NCBI GenBank assembly: GCA_964016885.1
Contig: OZ024753.1
Coordinates: 22,692,001 to 22,756,000 of the forward strand
Source of the DNA: Eledone cirrhosa
Lineage: Eukaryota
DNA length: 64,000 bases
Direction of reading: 5' to 3'
Part shown: positions 40,411 to 53,334 of the stretch, in pieces
Layout: every line of letters starts with the position of its first letter
Position numbering within the stretch: position 1 is the stretch's first letter
Translations under genes and position numbers: made by a program
The notes under the pieces: model-generated
Database searches by the model: none
What the model was told of the DNA's origin: nothing
Seen by the model: the letters and a program-made list of their open reading frames with translations, nothing else

Positions 40411-41362
40411 AAGATGTTCCGCCATTAAGAGATGTACTTGATCAAATCCTTGTCATGGATTATGTACAGTTTTTCATCTAATGTACATTATGTATGAATA
40501 TTTAGATATTGCAAAGGAATTACATATGCACCCCCTCTACTCCCCTCTCTCTCTGTCTATTGCCATACGCTTCCGTTCACATACTTGACATATTAATCTT
40601 TCTGAAATGGGTTTTATAGGTTTGGTTTGTTGTTAATCAATAAAGTAATCCATTAAAGGCTTTTAAAATCAATATGGCCTGAAGATATAGATCGACCTTA
40701 TCCCTCCTTCAGTAAACAAACTCGCTTTCTTATCAGTCTTTAAAAAAATATTACCCTTTCGTCTTTTGTTTTTCTATTTCGGTCAATGGGCCAGAAATAG
40801 TAAAATAGTTTACAGCACCAGTGTCCTGTTGCCTGTAGCGACATAATTCACAGCATCTCTTTCATTAGTTTAAACTGATATTGTTCTGCTCAAATCTTTT
40901 CGTGGAATATGGTGGAATAAAATCAATCGAATCGAACCTATTGTAATGAAATAAAATCGTTCAATTTTCAACGGCCCATTTCAGCTCGCAATAAATAGGT
41001 TCGATTTTTCTGACATAGACGATGTGTACGTATTTACAGTAGTTCCCGAAGGCTGTTACACAATTATACCTCACAACTATTGGCTCAATCACCTTTTCCA
41101 ATACAACAGAAAACCTGTTTCATTTAAGCGATACCTTCTCTTTATCCCCTCCCCCTTCTCTGTCCCCCTCTCTCCCTCTCCCTCTCTCTCTGCCCCTCCT
41201 CTCTCTCCCCCTCTCTCTGCCTCCCTTTCCCCTCTCTCTCTCACCCCTCTCATCTCATCCTCTCTGTACACGTCTACATTATACAGTCAAACATTAACTG
41301 AATGAGAAATCAATACACTGAGTGCAGCGTATAATTTTTCTTTTTTGAGGAAAAGGTAACAA

Positions 41363-41429
<67 letters not shown>

Positions 41430-41689
41430 TATATATATAGGAAAATGTTTGACCCCGACGGCAGAGCTCAAGCTATTTCGACGACTATTTCTGGACTAAA
41501 TTAGAATTTTTAGCGTGGTAAATAAATAGCGGAACTTTTCAAAGAGTACTTCCTTATATGGGAAGATTGTAGTTGTCAAGAGGATTGGTCAAAATTTCTT
41601 GTAACCACAAGTAAGTCTATCATGGCAGTGGGTGGGAGGCGGGGTGGTTGAACTTGCCTGTAGAACAATGAGGGAGTGGGTGGACCCGG

Positions 41690-42052
41690 TGAAGCGTTGA
41701 AAGTGAAATCTATACAGCAAATTCTAAGGAATGTGTATGAAAATAGGCCAGAGGAAGCAGGCGAAAAAGGACTCTGGCGAAAATAGAGAAGGGACGTTAT
41801 ATTTTTATAATTTTTTTTCTTATTCATTTATTATCTTCTAATCTCAATTGATTTATCTATTCTATAACGTGCCTTCTCTATTTTCTCCAGAATCCTTTTT
41901 CGCCTACTTCCTCTAACCTACTTTCATACACAATCCTTAGAATTTGCTGTATAGATTTCACTTTCAAAGCTTGACCGATTTTTTTAGTTCCAGAAGATCC
42001 CGTTAAGGGTTGAAGCAGCGATTCTTTGCTTAAACTTTAATCTGTTATTTTA

Positions 42053-42055
<3 letters not shown>
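41690..42055. repeat. Diverged inverted repeat (41690-41800 / 41863-41972) followed by a fragment of the 8.3/11.3-kb pLTR
   Basis: gaaagtgaaatctatacagcaaattctaagga / tccttagaatttgctgtatagatttcactttc; cagaagatcccgttaaggg..cttaaactttaatctgttattttaata. Confidence 0.75.
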
Positions 42056-42137
<82 letters not shown>

Positions 42138-42138
<1 letters not shown>

Positions 42139-42539
42139 TAGTAAAAGGAAAAGAAAATGCTGAAAAATTGTTCCCAGTGAAAAATAGTTTAATTAGGAAT
42201 AAGGAAAAATTAGTAATAAGTATTGGTTACTATAAGTTTCGCGCCAATTCGTGTTGCAAAAATTCTTGTAGTCAAAACAATTTTGATTGGTCGGTAGAGG
42301 TCACGTGAATGTTAAAAATTGATTTTGCGCCAAATCTAGGTTTGTTGAAGAGTGTCCTTTTTCGCCTGATTGAGAAGTCACTGAAAAATAAGTCTTTTAA
42401 GACAAATGTGTGTGTGTGTGTAGTAAAGAGGTTCATTGTTGTGATAATGGTCAGTAGGGCTGTGTGTGTGAATTGCAGTCATGTTGAAAGGTCAACAGTT
42501 CAGGTGCCTATTAAGACAAATATGTGTGTGTGTGTGTGT

Positions 42540-42625
<86 letters not shown>

Positions 42626-45600
42626 ATAGCAGAGTAATTCGTGGTAGAGGTTTCGGTCAGTAGGAATGTGTCTGTACGTGTGGGTGGGTGGGGGGGGGTA
42701 TTTTATCATGTTGAAAGATATTTTTCAGCTCTTGTCTTATACGGAGAAGTGTGCGTGTGTGTGTGTGTGTGTATGTCTCTTTGTATGTTAGTGTACGCGT
42801 GTGTATGTGTGTGTGTATATGTGTGTCTGTGTGTATATGTGTGTATGTGTGTATGTGTGGGTGGACCAGTATTTTTGTGATACTGGTAAAAATGGTGTAC
42901 ATTATTCGATATTTTCAGCAAAAACGATTCTCTCAAGAGAACATCAAAAACATTAATTATAAAAGGGGTGAAATGATATATAGTATTGTCATAACATCAA
43001 TGTGTGTGTGAGTGTCCAGATTGTACGTACTGCAAGGGGAATCCATTAGGCCCTGCCGTATGGGAATAGTTGTGTACAAATATGTATGTGCCCATCAGTG
43101 TGCAATGCATGTGTGCGTATATGTATGTGTGTGTGTCGGCACGTTTATATCTATAGACATCAAAAGGTATGCAAATTTGTGTATATTTGTGTTGCACCAT
43201 AGAACATGTGTGTTTACGTATGTCATTGTGTTTATATGTGGATAGAGATGTATGTAGGATGTATGCTGATATAGGTATGTATGTTGACGTGTGTATGTTG
43301 TGGGTTCGTCTTAGGGAGAAGTGTTTAGACGGGGTCCGTATTTGTTAATAAAGTGAAATTCCTTGCTGATGCGCTGAGTGTGGGTGGCATTATCTTTAAA
43401 TTTGTAGAGGGGAAAGATTCTAAAGTTGGGATGATTTTGGGCGGCACAGGTATCAATGTGTTCACTCAGTGGTATTTACCTGTATTCCCGTATTTTAATT
43501 TGGGATCTATGGACAGTCATGCGTTGGCGGAGGCTGGCTTGGTCTGGCCTATGTATTGTTCTCGACAACCTGAGCAAGTTAATACATATATTAGATTTTC
43601 TGATGCGCATGTGAAATTGTGTTTTACTATAAAACTTTGTCCTTCTTTGAAATAGAATTCCGAACCCTCTATTAGGTTGATGCATATGCCACAGTTGGGT
43701 CTATCACATTTTTTTTACTGTGGGTTTCGTTGTTGTGGTTGCAAGTACTTTGGCATGTTTTTCATCGACTTAGATTGTCTTTTCCTCTGTATGATATCGT
43801 GTGTTCGAAGGATTTGGTTCATTCTATGGTCCTTTTTTAACACAGGGATGTTCTGGAGGATGGTGTCAAAGGCCTCATTGTTGAGGGGTTTTATCTGGAG
43901 ATGTATGGAAGAGCTTTTAGTTTCGGTTGATTTACTTTAGGGTGTCTAAGATCCTGGGTACTGAGTTTTAGGGCACGTTGGATTCCATTGTCAATTAGTG
44001 ATGCAGGGTAGTCCCTGCCTATGAGTGTGTCCTTTAGTTCTTGTAGCCGTAAGTAGCAGGTGTTTTTATTGGAGACTATAGTACAGATTCTCTTGGCTAA
44101 GTTGTAGGGAATATTAATTTTAACGTGTCTAGAGTGGCAAGAGTTGAAAGGAAGATATTGCTTGGAGTCTGTGGGCTTGTAGTATATGTCTGTTTCTATT
44201 TTTCTGTTATGAATCTTAATGAGGATGTCGAGGAAGGGGAGTTGTTGATGGCTGTATTCCATCGTGAAGTTAATATTCGTGTTGAGCCGATTTATAAGGG
44301 TGTGAAATTCTTTATGTTTCTCGAAGTTTTCGTGCCAAAAGATGAAGAAGTCATCTAGATATCGCTTCCAGTTCTTTTCTATGTGTAAGTGGAGAGTGTT
44401 TCCAAATTTGTTTAGTACTTTAGTGTAGAGGGTGATTTCCAGGTATCCCATGATTAGGTTGGCATAAGTGGGGGGCTGTTTTCGCTCCCATAGCGGTCCC
44501 AGATTTCTGCCTGTAGGATTTGTTATTAAAAACGAAGTAACTGTTCTCCAAGATAAATTTGATTCCCTCTATCACGAATTCTTTTTTGATGCGTTGTGGG
44601 AGTTCATTGTGGTAATTATCCAGCCAGAATTGGATAGCTTCTATTCCTAGGTTGTGGGGGATGTTGGAGTATAGGTTGACTACATCGAACGTCACTAGTA
44701 GAGTTTGGTCAGAAAGGGGCATATTAGGGAGGTGATTGAGCATATCTAGGTCGTCCCTTATATAGCTTTTGATGTGTTTGAGAAAAGGCTTGAGAAGGGT
44801 ATCAATGAAGTTGCTAAGGCGGTGGGTTTCGCAAGCGGGGCCTGCTATTATAGGTCTTAATTTGAGATCATTGGGTGAGGGGACATTGATGACTATGTCT
44901 GTGGCTTCCTTGCATGCCTACTTATTAATTCGCTTTTATGTACTTTAGGGATACCGTAGAAAAGGCTGGATTTACTTGTGAAGTCTGTGATGAAGCTGAA
45001 TTCCTTGTTAGTGAGTCCTTCTTTGTATTGGTTGATCAGAGTTTTTAGGTTTCTCATAATTTTCTGTTGAATGTAGTGTTCAACCTTTTCGTAGTATGTT
45101 TCGTTTTCCAAAGTGGAGAGCGCTAAGTTGATATAGAATTCTGTCTCCATTAGGACTACTGTACTCCCTTTATCAACCTCTTTAATTGTAATGGTTCTGT
45201 CGGTTTTTAATCTATTTAATTCTTCCCATTATTTCTTGTTGAGGGTTGGCTTGTGTTTTTGTCTGTGCAAGTGTTGGTAAGGGAAGTTTGTAATGTGTTC
45301 ACAGAATTCGTCCAGGATTTTATTTCTACCTTTTGATGGGGTGCAGTTGCTTCTATTTCTGGTTAATGATTCATCCTCATTATACTGGTCGAATAGTTAT
45401 TCACTGAGTCGTAACTTTCTACAGAGTCTGTGATGTCTTCCTTCATTTCATAGTAGTTAGGACGTAGTGGGGTCGGTGTGAATTTAAGACCTTTGGAGAA
45501 TAAGTTGATAAGGTTGGGTGTTGGTTCTGCACTAGTTAGATTGATAATTTTTATTACTGTCGGTTTATCCTCCCTGTCTTGTGTTATTTTGTTTGCCTGT

Positions 45601-45730
45601 ATCTGTGTGCTGTGTCTAAAAAATGGTTGGGGTAGAGAGGTTATCTGCTGATGTTAAGTGGTCTCCCGTGTTTGTTATATTCCTTGTTGTTGTAAAATGT
45701 GGTTCGGGTTCGTGGTTGTAGATTGAATGC
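42138..45730 (-). mobile_element. Neptune-like PLE, degraded near-full ORF with (CA)n-rich 3' region
   Basis: IINLT..LFSKGLKFTPTP, FYGIPKVHKS, VTFDVVNLYSNIPH, QKSGTAMG, WKRYLDD, YYKPTD, CDRPNCGIC, NLIYVLTCSGC..YIGQT. Confidence 0.9.
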
Positions 45731-47762
45731 CAAGGAGCTTCTGAAGAGCATCTTCAGTGGAGTTGCTAAGGCCCGCTTACATGTTTTTAAGAGGACTGCT
45801 GGGAATCCATCTGGTCCAGAAGCTGAGTCTGTTCTAATTTCATCTATGGCGTATACCACATCCTCCTCCGTTGTGGTATACGCCATGTCTATGTGGTTGA
45901 TGGTCGGCATTTCATGAAGTGATGTGGCATCAAAGAACTCCTCTGGATTTGTTATTTGCATGGGCCTCAGTGGACATGTGAACACACTTTTGTACTGTTC
46001 GTTCAGTATTTCACATATCTCTTGGGGATTCTCGGTTAATGAACCATCTGTATGGAAGAGTGGCCCAATCTTGCAGTGTACCGAGGCAGTTTCATTTGCA
46101 AATTTAAAGAAGGCCTTAGGGTTTGTTTTAATATTTTCTATGACCCTGCTTTCTTTCTTTGCCCTCTCCTTTTCATGAGAAAGTTTGAGTACATTCTCGG
46201 TGTCAAGTAGTGCACGTTTTAAATAGAGTTCCTTATAGTTTTTGTTTTCTTGCTGGTTTGAGAGCTTGGTTCTACGTCTGATAAGGATTTTCCTATATCT
46301 GGGAATAAGAATTTTGTGTCTGTTTGCCTTTTTCTCCGGGACAAACTTCTTGCATATAGTGTGTGTCGTTGTCATGAAGTGTTGAAATTCTGTGTTGGTG
46401 TCTTGTGTAGCGGTGTTTTCACTCCATACTTGCTTCCGGATTTCTCTCTTGATCTTTTTCCAGTTAGCCTTGTAGAAGTTAAGGCTGGATAACGTCCCAG
46501 AGCTTATTGGTGGTTGTGTCTCTGTTGGTTCTCTCGTACCACCTATCATTAGTTCTACTAAGTTATGATCCGAGAAAATTGTTGGTGTCACCTTTACATT
46601 ATGGATGAGCACTGTATTATTTGTAAAACAGAGATCCAGGACATTCTCGCTTCTTGTTGGGAGGAGTACTGCTTGTTCCATGAACAGCCTGTGTGTGAGG
46701 GCTAACAGGAACTCCGTCTGACTCTGTTCTATTGACGTCATTCCAGGGAGGAGGTGGCCCTCAGGCCATTTAACCTTTGGCAGGTTGAAGTCTCCCAGCA
46801 ATAGAATGTTGAGACCCTGGTCCAGTTTGTCAAGGACCTCTTCTATCCTACTGAGTCTATCCTCAAATTTACCCTCATGACTGTGGGCATCGGGCGGCCG
46901 ATATGTGACACATATTACCGTTTTTAGTTGCTTCATGTGTACTCTCAGTGTGTCACAGACTGAGTTTGAATGTGTCAACAATACAATTGGTGTGACATCT
47001 TCACGGATATACAGAGCAACCTCACCATGAGTTCTCTCCTTCCTGACCGAACGAAATACAGTATATTTCTGTATATGTATTTCCGCATCTCCTATACTGC
47101 TTCTCGGGTGCGTTTCGGTTAGTGCCCTGCATAATGCTTGATTGCTTATTGCTAAGTCTCCCAGGAAGGAAATTTTACTCTTAGTGAGATTCACCAGGCC
47201 TCTGACATTCAGCAGCAGCACTGGTGTGACTTTTGGGGTGCCAGCAATGTCTGTCGGTATGGCACCTGGCCTGGTGTCAGCGGCGGCCACTCTGGGTCCC
47301 TTAATTTTGGTGGTCTCGAGTGTTGGTGTGGGTGACCCTGGCTCTGAAAATGATGCAGCCAGGTCAGCTGTCCCACAAACTTCTCTGCCATCACTAAAAA
47401 ATGTTTCTACTCTGCTGCTGCCATCTGTATCTCGTCGGCATGTGCGTGCCTTCTCCTTTATGGCGCGGCACGCGCGACTTCAGCATACTTCTGGAGCGGC
47501 TTGTTTTGGCATTGGCTGGGGCATGTTGCGCGAGTAGGATAGAAGAGTTCGTTTGGGGCCAGGGGTGAGCGATTCTGCAGCCCATCCCTGTCTCTCCATG
47601 CCAGTAGGTCCCGTTCCTGAAGAACTTCACATTACCTGGCTTTTCTTGCTCCCAGTGTCCCGATGCTTTCTGATCTCCCCTTGGATAGTTGTCCACTGGT
47701 CCCTCTGCGCTTGGTTCTCCTTCGGAAGGTGATTTCGCTTTTCACCTTTACCGTGTGCTTGT
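45730..47762 (-). mobile_element. CR1-group LINE 5' half: CCCH-like ORF1 remnant + APE endonuclease, cut before the RT core
   Basis: ORF 45641-47290: LLNVRGL, LTETH, YRPP, LLGDFNLP, PTR..NVLDL, SDHNLV, IKTNPKAFF, SASGPDG; ORF1 FFRNGT..HG..G.GCRIAHP. Confidence 0.85.
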
Positions 47763-47765
47763 ATG

Positions 47766-47817
<52 letters not shown>

Positions 47818-47902
47818 ATATATATGCATGTATATATATATATATATATATATGCATGTATATATATATATGCATGTATATATTATATATATATATATAT
47901 GC

Positions 47903-47940
<38 letters not shown>

Positions 47941-48028
47941 ATATATATATATATGTACATATATATATATATATATATATAATTTTGTATATAATTATAT
48001 ATATATATGTATATAATTATATATATAT

Positions 48029-51000
48029 AAATTGAAACAAAATGAAAACGAAATTTCATTTCTCACTCTTAGTATGGCACTTACTTAAATGTAAGTATGC
48101 ATGTATACGTACATACATATATGTATACAGACGTACAGTAGCATGCACATATATATATATATATACATATATACATACATATGCATACAGGTACACATAC
48201 ATATATGCACGTATCAGTTTAGCGGCGCTAACGTCGCTTTGTTCGTTTGTAAACAAACTGAACAGCCTGAATTTATGCCATACAGTGTTAAGGCAACCAC
48301 GTCACCTTTTTGTTCAACACTGACACAGGAACGATGTACTAGTTTCAAGCTTGTTAGCTATCATCAGCACCGTTTACCCATCTGCCAGATAGTTGAACGT
48401 TCGAAAGTATATACTTTCCTTATGAAAATTAACGGCTGAGCAGCCTAATTTGCATATTGAGTGAGTTAAATCGGTCAGGCATACCGAAAACGATAAATTG
48501 AAACAAAATGAAAACGAAATTTCATTTCTCACTCTTAGTATGGCACTTACTTAAATGTAAGTATGCATGTATACGTACATACATATATGTATACAGACGT
48601 ACAGTAGCATGCACATATATATATATATATACATATATACATACATATGCATACAGGTACACATACATATATGCACGTATCAGTTTAGCGGCGCTAACGT
48701 CGCTTTGTTCGTTTGTAAACAAACTGAACAGCCTGAATTTATGCCATACGGTGTTAAGGCAACCACGTCACCTTTTTGTTCAACACTGACACAGGAACGA
48801 TGTACTAGTTTCAAGCTTGTTAGCTATCATCAGCACCGTTTACCCATCTGCCAGATAGTTGAACGTTCGAAAGTATATACTTTCCTTATGAAAATTAACG
48901 GCTGAGCAGCCTAATTTGCATATTGAGTGAGTTAAATCGGTCAGGCATACCGAAAACGATAAATTGAAACAAAATGAAAACGAAATTTCATTTCTCACTC
49001 TTAGTATGGCACTTACTTAAATGTAAGTATGCATGTATACGTACATACATATATGTATACAGACGTACAGTAGCATGCACATATATATATATATATATAC
49101 ATATATACATACATATGCATACAGGTACACATACATATATGCACGTATCAGTTTAGCGGCGCTAACGTCGCTTTGTTCGTTTGTAAACAAACTGAACAGC
49201 CTGAATTTATGCCATACGGTGTTAAGGCAACCACGTCACCTTTTTGTTCAACACTGACACAGGAACGATGTACTAGTTTCAAGCTTGTTAGCTATCATCA
49301 GCACCGTTTACCCATCTGCCAGATAGTTGAACGTTCGAAAGTATATACTTTCCTTATGAAAATTAACGGCTGAGCAGCTTAATTTGCATATTGAGTGAGT
49401 TAAATCGGTCAGGCATACCGAAAACGATAAATTGAAACAAAATGAAAACGAAATTTCATTTCTCACTCTTAGTATGGCACTTACTTAAATGTAAGTATGC
49501 ATGTATACGTACATACATATATGTATACAGACGTACAGTAGCATGCACATATATATATATATATACATATATACATACATATGCATACAGGTACACATAC
49601 ATATATGCACGTATCAGTTTAGCGGCGCTAACGTCGCTTTGTTCGTTTGTAAACAAACTGAACAGCCTGAATTTATGCCATACGGTGTTAAGGCAACCAC
49701 GTCACCTTTTTGTTCAACACTGACACAGGAACGATGTACTAGTTTCAAGCTTGTTAGCTATCATCAGCACCGTTTACCCATCTGCCAGATAGTTGAACGT
49801 TCGAAAGTATATACTTTCCTTATGAAAATTAACGGCTGAGCAGCCTAATTTGCATATTGAGTGAGTTAAATCGGTCAGGCATACCGAAAACGATAAATTG
49901 AAACAAAATGAAAACGAAATTTCATTTCTCACTCTTAGTATGGCACTTACTTAAATGTAAGTATGCATGTATACGTACATACATATATGTATACAGACGT
50001 ACAGTAGCATGCACATATATATATATATATATACATATATACATACATATGCATACAGGTACACATACATATATGCACGTATCAGTTTAGCGGCGCTAAC
50101 GTCGCTTTGTTCGTTTGTAAACAAACTGAACAGCCTGAATTTATGCCATACGGTGTTAAGGCAACCACGTCACCTTTTTGTTCAACACTGACACAGGAAC
50201 GATGTACTAGTTTCAAGCTTGTTAGCTATCATCAGCACCGTTTACCCATCTGCCAGATAGTTGAACGTTCGAAAGTATATACTTTCCTTATGAAAATTAA
50301 CGGCTGAGCAGCCTAATTTGCATATTGAGTGAGTTAAATCGGTCAGGCATACCGAAAACGATAAATTGAAACAAAATGAAAACGAAATTTCATTTCTCAC
50401 TCTTAGTATGGCACTTACTTAAATGTAAGTATGCATGTATACGTACATACATATATGTATACAGACGTACAGTAGCATGCACATATATATATATATATAC
50501 ATATATACATACATATGCATACAGGTACACATACATATATGCACGTATCAGTTTAGCGGCGCTAACGTCGCTTTGTTCGTTTGTAAACAAACTGAACAGC
50601 CTGAATTTATGCCATACGGTGTTAAGGCAACCACGTCACCTTTTTGTTCAACACTGACACAGGAACGATGTACTAGTTTCAAGCTTGTTAGCTATCATCA
50701 GCACCGTTTACCCATCTGCCAGATAGTTGAACGTTCGAAAGTATATACTTTCCTTATGAAAATTAACGGCTGAGCAGCCTAATTTGCATATTGAGTGAGT
50801 TAAATCGGTCAGGCATACCGAAAACGATAAATTGAAACAAAATGAAAACGAAATTTCATTTCTCACTCTTAGTATGGCACTTACTTAAATGTAAGTATGC
50901 ATGTATACGTACATACATATATGTATACAGACGTACAGTAGCATGCACATATATATATATATATACATATATACATACATATGCATACAGGTACACATAC

Positions 51001-51046
51001 ATATATGCACGTATCAGTTTAGCGGCGCTAACGTCGCTTTGTTCGT
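48029..51046 (-). mobile_element. Tandem array of about 6.5 non-coding 466/468-bp units, each with a minimal HHR (retrozyme-like)
   Basis: equivalent landmarks at 48042, 48508, 48974, 49442, 49908, 50376, 50842; units differ by one TA repeat and a few SNPs. Confidence 0.9.
48331..48373 (-). ncRNA. Minimal type I HHR (repeated at 48797, 49265, 49731, 50199, 50665)
   Basis: minus strand acggtg-CTGATGA-t-agct aaca agct-t-GAAA-ctag-TA-catcgt: intact core, palindromic stem III, GUA cleavage. Confidence 0.9.
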
Positions 51047-51121
51047 TGACGAAAGTCGATCGTTCCTATATATATATATGTATGTGTATATATATATATA
51101 GGAACGATCGACTTTCGTCAA
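51046..51121. repeat. Short hairpin with TA-rich loop
   Basis: ttgacgaaagtcgatcgttccta(ta)n ... (ta)n taggaacgatcgactttcgtcaa. Confidence 0.9.
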
Positions 51122-51184
51122 ATCGGACTGAGGGAACAATGTTTCCGTTGGTCTTTCCAATTGCTAATACTATCTATCGGTCGC

Positions 51185-51317
51185 AACTCCAGGTAGAAGG
51201 AGCAACGTGAAATAAAGTGTCTTGCTCAAGGACATAACGCATCGCCTGGTCCAGGAATCGAACTCACAACCTTACGATTGCGAATCCAATTCTCTAACCA
51301 CTCCGCCACACGCCTTC
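51185..51317 (-). mobile_element. tRNA-derived CORE-type SINE, 5' part
   Basis: A box tggcggagtggttag, B box gagttcgattcc, CORE-like tgtccttgagcaagacacttt. Confidence 0.8.
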
Positions 51318-51459
51318 GTGTGTATATATATATGTATATGTATATATATATATTGTTACACTTTGGGAGGGTCATGTTGCCAGTAAGAAACACACGCACC
51401 AGTTGCTTTCACTTCAATTTATTATAATAAATTTATAAATTTAGGAATTTATAAATTTC

Positions 51460-51685
51460 CGGTTGGTTGGTTGGTTCGGACCATACCAAAATCAACATAC
51501 TATTGGGGAATTTTTCATTGTTTCAATTTTCATTTTATTGTTTATATATATATGTTTTATGTCTTTTTTTTTCTTTTCTTATATAAATAATAAAAATATT
51601 TACACGCACAAAACCCACATCGTACAGTCCTGTTCCGTCTGTGATGTTTTTCTTGATGTCAGCCCTTGTGGCCAATAAAGAAATC
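51460..51685 (+). mobile_element. 3' UTR remnant of a second Tx1-like family
   Basis: ends cagcccttgtggccaataaagaaat, similar to the gccctggtggcaaataaaagaaac end of the Tx1 copies. Confidence 0.55.
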
Positions 51686-53282
51686 ATTATTATTATTATT
51701 ATTTGCATTTATCTTGATTTATGTTCATACGAGTTATCACCAAGTCACAACCAGTGACCTCAAGAGACAACAAGGTCCGCCATGTTCAAGAAAGAACATA
51801 CATATTCACACATGCATCTTTAGTGTTTAGACTTGTGATGTACTTATATTGACAGGATCTTCCTTAGTATATGGGCAATTCCTATTAGTACTATCTTTTG
51901 TATTTCTCCTATACGCGGGTTTCCTGGGATTTGCGATAAGTAGTCGTTAGACCCCTTAGGTATCATTCCCAGAGCGCCTACAACCACTGGTATTGTTTTA
52001 GTTCTCAATTTCCACATTTTTCCAATTTCTATCTCCAGGTCCTTATACTTGCTCAATTTTTCAAATGTTTTTATAGATACATTCTTGTCTATTGGAACAG
52101 ACATATCAATTAGCAGGCATACCCTCCTTTGAAAGTCCTTCAATATTATATCAGGTCTATTTGCATCTATTTTTCGGTCTGTTTGGATGCTAAATTTCCA
52201 CAAGATTGAGATGTGATCTTTTTCAAGTATGGGAGGTGGTTGATGTTCCCACCAATTCTTTTGATGGGGCAGGTCAAAATGCTTACACATTATCCAATGT
52301 ATGTATTGTGCAGTTCTGTCATGCCTGTTTAGGTATTCGGTTGGAGCTATAGGACTGCACATTGAAATTATATGGTCAATGGTCTCTGGTTGTTTTTTGC
52401 ATACACGGCATAATGGGCTGCACCCATTTTTTATTATGTTGGCTTGGTAATTTTTTGTTGGCAGACACTGATCTTGTGCGGATATAATCAGTCCTTCAGT
52501 CTCCGATTTCAGTCCAGAGGATGCCAACCACTGATGGGTTAAAGTTTTGTCAACATCAGGATTGTTAGCTCGCTCTGGGTATTTTCCATACGGAGGCTTT
52601 TCTTGCCATTTCTTAGCCAGTTTCTGTAGCAGTTCTTTCTTTGCAGTTACTTTTACCTGCTTTGCTTTTTCTGTGTTTTCCATTTCAGCAGTAAATGGAA
52701 CTTCTGAAATTTGTAGTCCATTACTGTATCTTTGTGCATCTTTTGTAATGGAATATGATCTTTTGGTGCTTTCGTGTTTCAAAACGAGTTTGATCATCCA
52801 ATCATGTGATTCCCTTAGATATGTGGATAATCCAATTGTTGCAGTTTTCAACGCAATGTCTAACTGGATTAACCCACGTCCTCCTTCTTTCCTAGGGAGA
52901 TATATTCTATCTATGTCTGCCTTAGGGTGATGCATTCTGTGCATGGTTAAGAATTTTCGGATTTTTTGTATCGAGCCTACGGATCTCTGTGCTTGACCAG
53001 TTGATGACATTGTAACTGTAGGTTACTACTGGTATGGCAAGCGTGTTTATGGCATCGATCCTATTCCTTGCATTCAATTCCGTTCTTAAGATTGCTCTGA
53101 CTCTGCGGTAACATTCCTTCCTTATCCTTTCCCTCATTGTCGAGTGCTTGATTCCGTCTCCTTCACAAACACCTAGATATTTGTAAGTTTGTTCTTGATC
53201 AAGCTCTCTTATCACGTTCCCCCGATCAAGATTAATGTCTGAACTCTTCAGCAGCTTTCCTCTGGTGAACGTTGCTTTGGCG

Positions 53283-53283
<1 letters not shown>
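51686..53283 (-). mobile_element. R4/Dong-clade non-LTR retrotransposon, family A, 5'-truncated, (TAA)n tail
   Basis: YKYLG, RLY..RKEGGRGL, AQDQ, CRVC..ETIDHII..C, RHD, NRPDII..D...IDMSVP..K..KY.DL (RLE nuclease). Confidence 0.9.

Positions 53284-53334
<51 letters not shown>

Noticed and set aside
48042-51210. Repeated 60-120 aa ORFs in the 466-bp units as a tandem gene family
   Set aside because: Frames shift with TA copy number between units and contain microsatellite; the conserved feature is the RNA motif on the other strand
51240-51317. Functional tRNA gene
   Set aside because: A and B boxes run directly into a CORE-like SINE body; the acceptor stem does not close convincingly
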